From positions 1-35,889 of the forward strand of contig JAWBQF010000029.1 in NCBI GenBank assembly GCA_038845975.1: a DNA stretch of 35,889 bases, written 5' to 3'. The notes under the pieces are model-generated. The model was not told the DNA's origin and did no database searches. It saw nothing but the letters and a program-made list of their open reading frames with translations. Made by a program: the position numbers and the translations under genes. The DNA comes from Candidatus Methanomethylicia archaeon. GTDB lineage: Archaea > Thermoproteota > Methanomethylicia > CALHIW01. This document shows positions 9,573 through 18,861 of the stretch, in pieces. Position 1 is the first letter of the stretch. Each line of letters starts with the position of its first letter.

Positions 9573-10655
9573 ATGCTTAGAGATGTTTTAGTTAGAAGAA
9601 CTAAGTTGTTTCAGGAGGGTTTACGTAAAGAGGGTATTGATATTGCTGTTATTAGAGCATTATCAACATTTACCTATTTTACCGGTGTAAGATGGCTTAG
9701 ACCTGCATTGATTATTCCAGCTGAAGGAGATGTAAGAGTATTTGTGGTTAGGGGTGAATCTGAACTCTTCATGGAGAAATCGTGGATTAGAGATGTTAGA
9801 GAGTTTGACGAGGTTAGTAGATTAATGGCTATGATTTCATCCTCAATTAAGGAGTTTAAAGCTAAAACTGTTGGCTTAGAGTTTACGGTTGAGAGAGATG
9901 CATACATTCTTTTCTATGAAATGTTTAAAAAGATAAATCCAAATGTTCAGATTAAAGATGTACATCCACTCACTATGAAGCTTAGAATGATTAAAGACAA
10001 CTATGAAATTGAGAATATTAAGCAAGCAGGGAAAAAAGCTGCCAAGGGTTTAAAAGCTGGTTTAGACATTGTAAAGAATGGAGCTTCCGAAACTGAAATT
10101 GCATCCACAATACTAACTGAGCTTATAAGAATTGGATGTGAGGAGCCTAAAGTATATGTTAATATAGGTCCTCATCCGAGAGTTCATGCAGAGCCGTTTA
10201 AGGACATTATAGTTAAAGATAATGTATTTGTAACCATCGTTGTTGCTGCTGACTATAATAACTACTATGCAAATACTTCACGTAGCATATTTAATGGAAA
10301 ACCTAATGAACTAGCTGAAAAAGCTATTAAATGCATTGATGAAGCATATAGTGTAGCTGTAGAAATGTCAAAAATAAACACTACATTCATAAATGTCCAG
10401 AAATCTCTTGATAAAATATATGAGAAATATGGCTTAATAAACTATAGACTTATAGGATACACTCACGGTATAGGATTACTGGTTGAGGAAGACCCAATAA
10501 CAACCATAATTCCACAGCACAGAGGATTAATCATCATGGAAAACATGGCCTTAGCAATGGTTCACACTCCACTCATGATTAAAGGCCTAGGAACTGTAAA
10601 ACGAGAGGATACATTCATAGTTGGAAGCAATAAATTAGAGAGTACTACTCAATAG
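9573..10655 (+). CDS. M24 (Xaa-Pro aminopeptidase/creatinase) family protein with atypical metal ligands
   Basis: Creatinase-N domain (YFTG), LRMIKDNYEIE linker, HGIGL and KREDT. Several metal-ligand positions are substituted. Confidence 0.88.
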   Translation: MLRDVLVRRTKLFQEGLRKEGIDIAVIRALSTFTYFTGVRWLRPALIIPAEGDVRVFVVRGESELFMEKSWIRDVREFDEVSRLMAMISSSIKEFKAKTVGLEFTVERDAYILFYEMFKKINPNVQIKDVHPLTMKLRMIKDNYEIENIKQAGKKAAKGLKAGLDIVKNGASETEIASTILTELIRIGCEEPKVYVNIGPHPRVHAEPFKDIIVKDNVFVTIVVAADYNNYYANTSRSIFNGKPNELAEKAIKCIDEAYSVAVEMSKINTTFINVQKSLDKIYEKYGLINYRLIGYTHGIGLLVEEDPITTIIPQHRGLIIMENMALAMVHTPLMIKGLGTVKREDTFIVGSNKLESTTQ

Positions 10656-11583
10656 TAACAGCAATTATTAGCCTAATAGAGAATAATACAGCTAATACAA
10701 TACTATCATAACAATAAACTAAATCTAAAGTAGAATTAGTATTTCTTGCCTCTTCAGTAAATAATACAGCCCCACTTAAACTTTAGTTACCAACATTATT
10801 AAATTATGAAATCCATGAGGTAGATTCAGAATGTTAAGCCTTATTTTCTAATGGTTTATGGAGCTTCATGAGCTTAGTGATTTTGAGTGAAGTTAATTAG
10901 GTTTCCGCTTCCTCTAAGATCTGCTAGGAATAGGAAGCTTATGTTAGTGATAGGTTAAGAATTAACTTATTTTACACGTTGTTAATATTGACTGTAATTG
11001 GAGGAGTATGTCTTATAAGTGTAGCTCTTATATAGCTGCGGAGAAGGCTTAGGAGAGTAAAGTAATGAAATGATAATTATGATGTATTCAAGCATAAGAA
11101 TGGTGTAAAGGCCTATGTAATCGTTAATAGAAATTCACTACAATCCAACTATAAGCCTTAGGAAACATTCATAACTCAAATATCTTTAATGAGTTTATGA
11201 TAGACTTAATTATAAGCCTAAAACATGGATACCTCAAAACAGATTAAGGAGTGATTATGGAAGCAAACATATCGATAAACCCTATGGGGAGAATATATGA
11301 TGTGAAAAGCTATGGAGAATGATGGTGATAAAAGATTTTAGGATATGAAGGTTGAAGGCAATAATAACATTTACATGCATAATAATGCATATGAAATATG
11401 AAACTTAAATATTTTAAAATAATTTCTCTAAATAAATTAGACCTCAAACATACTCTAGATTCTGGATAGGTATAACCTAAGAAAACAGAAGGAGGCAAGC
11501 CATATTAAATCTACATAGCTACCTATAAATAGCAAATCAGCTAGGTAGCTATGAGATATTAGTACTGATTCTTTACGGTTTAA

Positions 11584-12633
11584 TTATGCTTTATATAGCT
11601 TCCTCCTTAACCAAAAAGCTAGATTTACCAGGCTTATCATTACTGGAACTTCTATTAATGGTCCTATAACCGTAGCGAATGCCTCCTTAGATGCTAATCC
11701 AAATATTGAAACAGCAACAGCTATAGCTAGTTCAAAGTTATTACTTGCAGCTGTAAATGCAAGCGTTGCAGTTCTTTGATAGTCAAGTTTGAAGCAATAT
11801 CCTAAAATGAATGATACTAAGAACATTATAACGAAGTATAGTAGTAATGGAGTAGCAACCCTAACCACATCAAGAGGTAGTGTAACTATATATTCACCTT
11901 TAAGAGAAAACATTATTATTATTGTAAATAAAAGAGCAAAGAGGGAAGTTGGGCTTAGCTTAAGCATAAACTTCTCATCATACCATACTCTCCCCATCCT
12001 TCTAATAAGATAGAATCTAGTTAACATCCCTCCGAAAAACGGTACTCCTAAGTAAATAGCTACTGATTGAGCTACATTCAATACTGAAACTTGAATAACA
12101 AACTCTTCACCTGAAAGCTGTGAGCTAAGTATGGTTATAAAGAAGTAGGCTAAAACAGAATATGTAGCTATCTGGAAAATAGAGTTTAAAGCTACAAGTA
12201 TTGCTGCCCATTCATTATCTCCATCAGCAAGACTATTCCATACAATCACCATAGCTATACACCTAGCTAAACCTATAAGTATCACCCCAGTCCTAAAGCC
12301 TGGATAATCAGCTAGAAACATCCAAGCAAGTAAAAACATTAGAAAAGGTCCAATTACCCAGTTTTGAACAATAGATAGGGAAATCATTGCTCTAGATCCA
12401 CCTGCAGTAATAATCTTTCTAAGCTCTTCATACCTAACCTTTGCAAGAGGTGGATACATCATCCATATAAGACCAATAGCTATAGGAATGGATGTTGTAC
12501 CAATACTTAAAGAGCCAATAATACTAGCAACCTCAGGGAAAACATATCCTAAACCAATACCGAGCATCATAGCTAAGAAAATCCAGAGGGTAAGAAACCT
12601 AGTTAATACCGGTAATTTTTCCTCCTTATCCAT
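11584..12633 (-). CDS. acr3: ACR3-family arsenite efflux transporter
   Basis: [49 protein letters not shown] and GPLIEVP motifs. Confidence 0.97.
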   Translation of the reverse strand: MDKEEKLPVLTRFLTLWIFLAMMLGIGLGYVFPEVASIIGSLSIGTTSIPIAIGLIWMMYPPLAKVRYEELRKIITAGGSRAMISLSIVQNWVIGPFLMFLLAWMFLADYPGFRTGVILIGLARCIAMVIVWNSLADGDNEWAAILVALNSIFQIATYSVLAYFFITILSSQLSGEEFVIQVSVLNVAQSVAIYLGVPFFGGMLTRFYLIRRMGRVWYDEKFMLKLSPTSLFALLFTIIIMFSLKGEYIVTLPLDVVRVATPLLLYFVIMFLVSFILGYCFKLDYQRTATLAFTAASNNFELAIAVAVSIFGLASKEAFATVIGPLIEVPVMISLVNLAFWLRRKLYKA

Positions 12634-12665
12634 GAAGGTCTCTAATTCTTAAAGAAACCTACTAA

Positions 12666-12690
12666 TAAACATTATGTTACAAACTGCAAC
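12666..12690 (-). promoter_or_regulatory. acr3 promoter: TATA edge plus palindromic site GTTACA-N3-TGCAAC
   Basis: The + strand reads taaac-attat-gttacaaactgcaac. Same layout at 14635 and 16485. Confidence 0.8.
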
Positions 12691-13228
12691 TTCATCTAAC
12701 ATGGATAAAGTAAAGTTAGTAAACATAGCGATTTAATTGAGCTTATTAAAAAGACTCTTCATTTTCCTGATTGTAAAATCTTCTGAAAGATCCTGTAAAA
12801 ATACTGGAATTGACTGCTTGAGGGATGCCAATAATAGCTATAGAGGAGGATTATCTAATTTCATATTCATCATGTATAGTTAAAACCATTAAGAAAGCTT
12901 ACAACCAAACAGATTCTCTTGAAAAGCTAAAGCCAGTAGAAAGCATATTATAGAGAATGAAAGTTCAAAGCAATTCATACATTATTTGCTTCATTATCAT
13001 TCTAATAAGTATTAACTCTCTAAATCCTATTATTACACATAAACCATTATGCTAATCAATGGAAGTATATGCAGCTTCAAGAATTGAATAGATACTCCGG
13101 AGGTAATTATGAAGGAAACAAGTAGGGATAGTATTTTGGATGAGGCTATAATCCTTTCTGGAATGCTCAATACCTCTGCCATAGAAGAATCTACGCTAGT
13201 TACAACATTAAATAAAAATTTATTTAAT

Positions 13229-14323
13229 TTATCTCCAAATAGTGTTTCCAGCTATGTATGCAGTTGCTGTTGAGATAGCTATTGTTACTAATACGTATAC
13301 TGTAGCCCTTCTTAACCCAAATACTTTAACTATTGCAAGCCAGTTTGGTAGGCTTTCTCCAGGTCCTGCTAATAGTAGACCTAGAGCTGGACCCCTCCCC
13401 ATACCTAAACTTGTAAGCATCTTTACAAATGGAGCTTCAGTCATAGTGGCGAAGTAGGATAATGCACCGATCAACGTAGCTAGGAAACATGAAAGTATTG
13501 ATGAGCCACCTAAATAAGACTCAATAACCTCTCTAGGCAGTAGCTTACCTATAACACCAACTATAAATACACCTACTAGTAATAGTGGAAATATCATTTT
13601 TACAAACCATAGACTCTCATGAAGCCAGGAATATATTTCATCCCTACTAAACAACTTATATGCATAGATTAGTGTAGCTATAAGTAGGATTAGGAATACT
13701 TCAATCTTGAAGATGTACGGATTACCTAAATAAATGCTTTCTGGAAGAAGTTTATGTATGGATAATCCCCCAAGATAGTTTGGAGCCAAAAGAGTTATTG
13801 CTAGTAGAATTATGAGGATGAGACTTCTAGACTCTATTACTTTACTCTTAACTACCAGTGAGGATGTCTTACTGCTTCTAGTTAACTCTTCTCTTCTAAA
13901 TATTGAAACCATAGTTAATCCAACTATGGCTGCTGTTAAGATTGCAGATATGAATCGCATAATAGCCATATCTAAACCTAGAATTGCACCAGTATATGTT
14001 AATGCTAGTATATTTGCTGCTGGTGTAACCCATAGGATAATGAATGCTGGACCAATACTGCTTCCCTTCTTATAAAGTCCTGAAACAATAGGTATAACAG
14101 TACATGAACATGCAGCTATGAATGTACCTGTAACTGAGGCTAATGGAAAAGATATATATTTCCTACTCTCAACACCGAGATATCTTATAATAACATCTCT
14201 TGAAAGGAAGCTTACAATAGCACCTGCTAAAAGAAATGCAGGTATTAGACACGTTAATACATGGTATGCAATATAGTCTATAAGAGCTTCTAAGCCTCCA
14301 AGCACTACTTCAACTAAATCCAT
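13229..14323 (-). CDS. DUF318/ArsP-family permease
   Basis: HVLTCLIPAFLLAGAI, ACSCTVIP, GPAFIILW..PAAN, YFATMTE and GPALGLLLAGP motifs; multi-TM. Confidence 0.9.
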   Translation of the reverse strand: MDLVEVVLGGLEALIDYIAYHVLTCLIPAFLLAGAIVSFLSRDVIIRYLGVESRKYISFPLASVTGTFIAACSCTVIPIVSGLYKKGSSIGPAFIILWVTPAANILALTYTGAILGLDMAIMRFISAILTAAIVGLTMVSIFRREELTRSSKTSSLVVKSKVIESRSLILIILLAITLLAPNYLGGLSIHKLLPESIYLGNPYIFKIEVFLILLIATLIYAYKLFSRDEIYSWLHESLWFVKMIFPLLLVGVFIVGVIGKLLPREVIESYLGGSSILSCFLATLIGALSYFATMTEAPFVKMLTSLGMGRGPALGLLLAGPGESLPNWLAIVKVFGLRRATVYVLVTIAISTATAYIAGNTIWR

Positions 14324-14330
14324 TCTATAA

Positions 14331-14600
14331 TCATCCTAAAATAGACTTTAATAGGCTTTCAACTTCACTTGGAGATGGAACCTTACCCTTAATTTTCACA
14401 TCTCCATTTACAGCTATAGATGGAGATATTAAAACACCATACTTATCTACAATTTCATCAGACATTATATTCTTTTTAATAACTTCAACTCTATCCTTCA
14501 AGCCAAGCTTCTCCACAACATCATTTACAGTTTTTAATACTGTCTTACACTTCATACAGGGCGGCTCAACACCTATAACTTCAATTAATACCTTAGACAT
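14331..14600 (-). CDS. Small thioredoxin-like redox-active disulfide protein
   Basis: PPCMKC CxxC and YGVLISPSIAVNG...GKVP. Ends 7 nt before the permease start. Confidence 0.9.
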   Translation of the reverse strand: MSKVLIEVIGVEPPCMKCKTVLKTVNDVVEKLGLKDRVEVIKKNIMSDEIVDKYGVLISPSIAVNGDVKIKGKVPSPSEVESLLKSILG

Positions 14601-14634
14601 ATTGTCACCACAAGTTACAAAAGCTACCTATAAA

Positions 14635-14659
14635 TAAACTTTTTGTTACAGTTTGAAAC
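14635..14659 (-). promoter_or_regulatory. Thioredoxin-permease promoter: TATA edge plus palindromic site GTTACA-N3-TGAAAC
   Basis: taaac-ttttt-gttacagtttgaaac, with an extra half-site gttaca at 14613-14618. Confidence 0.8.
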
Positions 14660-14831
14660 CATACCATTCAATATTTTACCAGTTAATCAAGCTAAACTCC
14701 ATCAGGGTTCCTGCTTAACAATTCCATGAGTCTGTTGAGAACTGTAGAATTAAGCTAAATAAGATGCTTCATCTATATCATGTATTTTAGCGGTTAATAA
14801 ATACATTAACAAGAAATAAAGAGTGTTTATA

Positions 14832-14943
14832 GAAGTCATTGCAAAACTCTACTACCAAGGTTTAACTGGTTTAATTCTACATGAGAATAGTATTGTAAAA
14901 AGATTGTTAACATACTTAAATTCTGAAGTTTTGCAATGAGTTC
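14832..14943. mobile_element. 112-bp MITE with 17-bp TIRs and a TA/TATA target duplication
   Basis: tata|gaagtcattgcaaaact ... agttttgcaatgagttc|tata (1 mismatch). The TIR is related to gaactcatctgaaaactc. Confidence 0.85.
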
Positions 14944-14949
14944 TATAGG

Positions 14950-15285
14950 TTAAATATTGATTATTACCTCTGAGCTTCTAATAAGTTTTAAGGCTTCATC
15001 CTCATCTATAGTCTTAACTATCTCCACTATTTCAATCGGTTCTACACCTCTACTTACTAATGATGATTTATAAGCGTAAACTCTAGCTTCAGGATATAGA
15101 CTGTAAATACAGTCCTCAACTGAAGGCATATTTAATCCTTTCTGACCTCTAATAGCACAATACACTCCATCATCGATTAAAATTATGTTTACCTCCACCT
15201 CACCTACGATTCCAAGTGTAATATAGAATCCATCTACTACCCTACTTGATGGTGGTTTAGAAATAACTATAAGTATTTTAACCAA
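14950..15285 (-). CDS. DsrF/TusC-like sulfur-relay protein
   Basis: ILIVISKPP, IILIDDGVY..IRGQ and SLVSRG. Overlaps the stop of the DsrE-like gene. Confidence 0.75.
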   Translation of the reverse strand: MVKILIVISKPPSSRVVDGFYITLGIVGEVEVNIILIDDGVYCAIRGQKGLNMPSVEDCIYSLYPEARVYAYKSSLVSRGVEPIEIVEIVKTIDEDEALKLIRSSEVIINI

Positions 15286-15643
15286 TACTTAACACCTTAT
15301 TTGAAGATTTCAACCATGCAGCTAAGTCACTAAATCCAATTATAGCTACCTTCTCGTTAATCTCTCTAGCTCTAAGATTACTATCTATGTATCCTCTAGC
15401 AATAGCACATTGAGCACAAACCCCTACTTCAACTCCTCTACTAATAAGCTTCTCTAGAAGATCTTTAAATCTAGGATCATTTACTCTAGAAATACCTACA
15501 GCCTCGCTGTAAAGGAAAATTCTCACTAGGTATCCCTTATCTACAACTTTATTAGCTAATTTAAGAGCAATAGAGGCATTTTGGCTTTCAGGGGAGGCTG
15601 AAAGTAGTATTATTAGCTGTCTAGATAAAGACAACTTTATCAC
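15278..15643 (-). CDS. DsrE/TusD-like sulfurtransferase
   Basis: IFLYSEAV, and VCAQCAIARG carrying the Cys at the TusD/DsrE persulfide position. Confidence 0.85.
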   Translation of the reverse strand: MIKLSLSRQLIILLSASPESQNASIALKLANKVVDKGYLVRIFLYSEAVGISRVNDPRFKDLLEKLISRGVEVGVCAQCAIARGYIDSNLRAREINEKVAIIGFSDLAAWLKSSNKVLSIG

Positions 15644-15887
15644 ACCACTCCATTAAGTCCCAAACTAACCTATCGTAGAACTCCTCACTTGACAATCCAT
15701 CAGCCTTAACTCCTCTCATCTCTAAATCATTTCTACACGCAGTGAAGAAGGGTATTCTAACCATCTTAATATTGTATACTCCATCCCCTACAAGATATAT
15801 TTTAAGCTCACATTCATTAATCAATTTTAAAATAAGCTTTGAAAAATCTCCATTCAGTATTCTTGAAACTATGAGTAGATACTTCAC
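15621..15887 (-). CDS. DsrH/TusB-like sulfur-relay protein
   Basis: YLVGDGVY and DLEMRG motifs. Likely start is the GTG at 15887 overlapping the upstream TAG (track start 15899). Confidence 0.75.
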   Translation of the reverse strand: MKYLLIVSRILNGDFSKLILKLINECELKIYLVGDGVYNIKMVRIPFFTACRNDLEMRGVKADGLSSEEFYDRLVWDLMEWCDKVVFI

Positions 15888-16459
15888 TAGATTTCCCATC
15901 CAAGTGATTTAAGTACTCTATCACCAATCCATTCTTTAAGCTCATTAATCCTGCTTTTAAGCTCTCCCCTTAATGGTTTACATAGTGAAAGCTTTAATTC
16001 ACCATTAAGTACTTTAACAGCGAAAGCCATACATGTAGCTTCACCGCAAAGCTTACAGTTTGTTTTTGGAAGATACTTATAGAGTTGGAGAGCTGTAAGC
16101 CTCTTCCTAGCATTAATCTCGTTTTGGCTTGGCATACCAGATCTTCTAAAATCCATTTCAGCCTCAACAATAAGTTTCTTAACCCTATCAAGAATTTCTC
16201 TAGCCTCATTAATATCTAAAGTATATGTTACACCAACTTTACCTGAGGGGAATATTGTTGTTAATCTATCCCATAGCTTAAGTGTTAAGGCTCCACTACT
16301 CTCATCATAAACTACAAGTCCAGGTGGAAACTTGAAAGATAATACAATTATTAATTCACGTGAAAACTCCATATTTGCCTGAGCTACAAATCTTATCCTA
16401 CTAGGATCCTTAATACACGGCATAACCTCCTTAATCTCGAAGCTTAAATTTTCAAACAT
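15887..16459 (-). CDS. (Fe-S)-binding protein with a C-terminal AcsC/RnfB-type 4Fe-4S domain
   Basis: LPKTNCKLCGEATCMAFA...LCKPL and N-terminal PCIKDP. The track start at 16483 lies inside the TATA box, so ATG 16459 is preferred. Confidence 0.88.
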   Translation of the reverse strand: MFENLSFEIKEVMPCIKDPSRIRFVAQANMEFSRELIIVLSFKFPPGLVVYDESSGALTLKLWDRLTTIFPSGKVGVTYTLDINEAREILDRVKKLIVEAEMDFRRSGMPSQNEINARKRLTALQLYKYLPKTNCKLCGEATCMAFAVKVLNGELKLSLCKPLRGELKSRINELKEWIGDRVLKSLGWEI

Positions 16460-16484
16460 GAAAGCATTGAAGACCAAGATCATA

Positions 16485-16509
16485 TAAACTTAACGTTACA
16501 GTTTGTAAT
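16485..16509 (-). promoter_or_regulatory. Fe-S/dsrHEF-like operon promoter: TATA edge plus palindromic site GTTACA-N3-TGTAAT
   Basis: taaac-ttaac-gttacagtttgtaat. Confidence 0.8.
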
Positions 16510-16914
16510 CTAACATGTGGAAGTAGAGTTTAGAATTTATGACTGATTAAGCCTATAAGTAGAGACATTTAGCTATAGCTCTATAATATTCATCCCCAAT
16601 TAAATTCATTATGTTCTCCATTATACATTATTGACAATAATAATATTTAAGATTTGCCAATCATAACCTAGCTTAATAAGTTGGAAATTTTAATTTTTAC
16701 CTAGGTTTCATCAAGCTGAGTTCTAGCCGTATTAGTTCAGATTCACTATAATTATATAGCCTACTTGCTGAAACACTTACTTCAACTTGAAACTGTATTT
16801 CTTCAGACATGAAGACTACATATAAACGAAATGTCTAACGAAATATGGAAACAATATTAAACTTGCAATATTCCATAGTTTAAGCTTTATGTAAGTTTAT
16901 TAGATATTACAGTT

Positions 16915-17490
16915 CTATCTTTTAATTTCCTTATAGTATTTTGTTGATGGACATCCAATACATTTATCCTCAATGTAGGCTGAACATGTTTTACACTTCA
17001 TACCGCAGGGTGTATTTTCAAGATTTCTCTCTGTAATTATTCTGAATGGAATGTATTTAGGTATTTTAGGTGTACTTGTAATATATACTTCAGCTCTTCT
17101 AATCCCCTTAAAATTTCTAATAGCACATATTGAGATTACGTTTTCAAGTACATCCTGATTCTCAGCAACCATAATAGCTATGAAATTATATCCTGCAACC
17201 ATTGGTGCTAGAAAAACTATTCTTGGACATTTCTCAAATGTTTTAAGAAGAAGTTGAAGAGAATCGTAATCCTGAACATCTCCGAAAATAGTTGCAAACT
17301 TTAACTCTAAAACTTTAGGATTAATTAAAGCTGAAAACTTCAAGATGTTTTCCCTCTCAATCTTCTTCAACCTCTTCAATACTGCAACATGACTTACGTT
17401 AAGCATCCTACCGATACTACTAATAGAAACTCTACCATCATCTTGAAGTATCTTTATAATTTTAATATCTACATCGTCAAGTCTAACCAT
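16915..17490 (-). CDS. Lrp/AsnC-family transcriptional regulator with a Cys-rich C-terminal tail
   Basis: LDDVDIKIIKILQDDGR HTH, a RAM-like domain, and the tail CGMKCKTC-x7-CIGCP. Confidence 0.92.
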   Translation of the reverse strand: MVRLDDVDIKIIKILQDDGRVSISSIGRMLNVSHVAVLKRLKKIERENILKFSALINPKVLELKFATIFGDVQDYDSLQLLLKTFEKCPRIVFLAPMVAGYNFIAIMVAENQDVLENVISICAIRNFKGIRRAEVYITSTPKIPKYIPFRIITERNLENTPCGMKCKTCSAYIEDKCIGCPSTKYYKEIKR

Positions 17491-17738
17491 AAAATGTAAC
17501 TTAAAAAGCAGTATATAAATCTAATATGTAACAATATAGGCTTAGCCTAATATGAAATCAGTATACTAAAATACATATTGGAATCCACATCATAGCTTAA
17601 CTCTTAATTGCTTGAAGCTGGAATTGATGAGTTTCTTAGATTAGTAAGTATAGAATAGGAAGTTTACGTGAGAACACATCTAGGTGTATATATCATAGTA
17701 ATAGTTAACTTGGGAAGCAGGCATGGATCATGTAAGTG

Positions 17739-18761
17739 TTAGATGGTAATACTATTGTTTAATAGTAGTTTTAAACTGTAACTGTTTAGTCTTCCTGTAA
17801 TTATGGTTTTAACTTCACCTGGATTTATTAATGGTTTTTCATATTGATCAATATTATCGAAAGCTAATCTAGGACATCCAGTATTTATGAATACATCTAT
17901 ATTGGGATATAGTGAAATCAGATTATTACTTACTTCATCAGTACATACAATTATACTTTTAAAATTGTTTTCTTGAAGTAGTTTTTTCACATCTCTAGCA
18001 AGCTTTAAATTGTATTGTCCAGGCTTATTAACTAGTATGATTGCGAAGCTTTTTGCATTTAGACACTTCCTTATGGAGTCTACTTTTAAGGCATAAATCC
18101 TTCTAAAATAGTTCTCCACATCGTATAGTTTACCTCTATGTGGATCATAGTTTAATACTTTAAGATTTGAATTCAGTATCTTGAATGTTAATGCATGAAA
18201 AAATCCTCCAGCAACAACTAAAATCTGATCATACATATCTAGCTTATCCATAGCATTAATATAGCATCCAGTCATAACATTAGCTTCATAACTAACATCT
18301 CTAGGAAGATGTTTAAGTATCTGTAGAGCAGTAATCTCATAGTTTACGGGATAAGCTACATAGACATACTTACTTAAAACCCTACAAACATCAGTAATAG
18401 CATCTTCAGGAGCTTCTATATTGTAGTAGAAGGGCATATAGATAACTGGGATACTGGAAATATTTTCAATATGAACTCCACGGCCACTACAATACCTTAA
18501 GGGATTTACATGACCTACATGTAGAATAGCATCAACACCTAATAGCTTAGCATCATTTATACCTACATCACAGAAACCCCATGTAAACCTACCGGAGTGA
18601 TAAATAGAAACATCAACATTATCCTCGATTAGGGAGCTAAGCATAAAGGCTAAATCCCTAACTCCGGGAGGAGCTTCTAGAAAAATACTTTTAGCTTTAA
18701 GCCTACTAAGTATTGATAATACTTCATCTAGAGGTATAAGGTAACTATCAATTTTATACAT
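17739..18761 (-). CDS. dph2: Diphthamide biosynthesis enzyme Dph2 (2-(3-amino-3-carboxypropyl)histidine synthase)
   Basis: Three Fe-S Cys motifs (WGFCD, MTGC, TGCPRL), plus HVGH, GGFFH and KPGQ. Confidence 0.9.
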   Translation of the reverse strand: MYKIDSYLIPLDEVLSILSRLKAKSIFLEAPPGVRDLAFMLSSLIEDNVDVSIYHSGRFTWGFCDVGINDAKLLGVDAILHVGHVNPLRYCSGRGVHIENISSIPVIYMPFYYNIEAPEDAITDVCRVLSKYVYVAYPVNYEITALQILKHLPRDVSYEANVMTGCYINAMDKLDMYDQILVVAGGFFHALTFKILNSNLKVLNYDPHRGKLYDVENYFRRIYALKVDSIRKCLNAKSFAIILVNKPGQYNLKLARDVKKLLQENNFKSIIVCTDEVSNNLISLYPNIDVFINTGCPRLAFDNIDQYEKPLINPGEVKTIITGRLNSYSLKLLLNNSITI

Positions 18762-18861
18762 GATAACCTAATTAGCTATATGTATTTTAGCTTTACGGAA
18801 ACTGTTAGTATTATAGTACTGCCTTAAAGATTCTTCTAGTAGTATTACAGGATAATTAATA

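Noticed and set aside
11310-11498. Short intergenic ORFs 11310-11498, 29041-29238 and 34652-34837
   Set aside because: No motifs, and their composition is typical of random AT-rich frames.
10830-11520. Purine-rich spacer that looks like an eroded + strand gene
   Set aside because: No frame gave an identifiable motif.
8367-16860. Shared catgaagactacat and aaacaatatta at 8367 and 16808; also tagtgtattgtgta at 22642 and 29617
   Set aside because: Matches of 14 bp or less are expected by chance in 36 kb of AT-rich sequence, and no extended alignment is visible.
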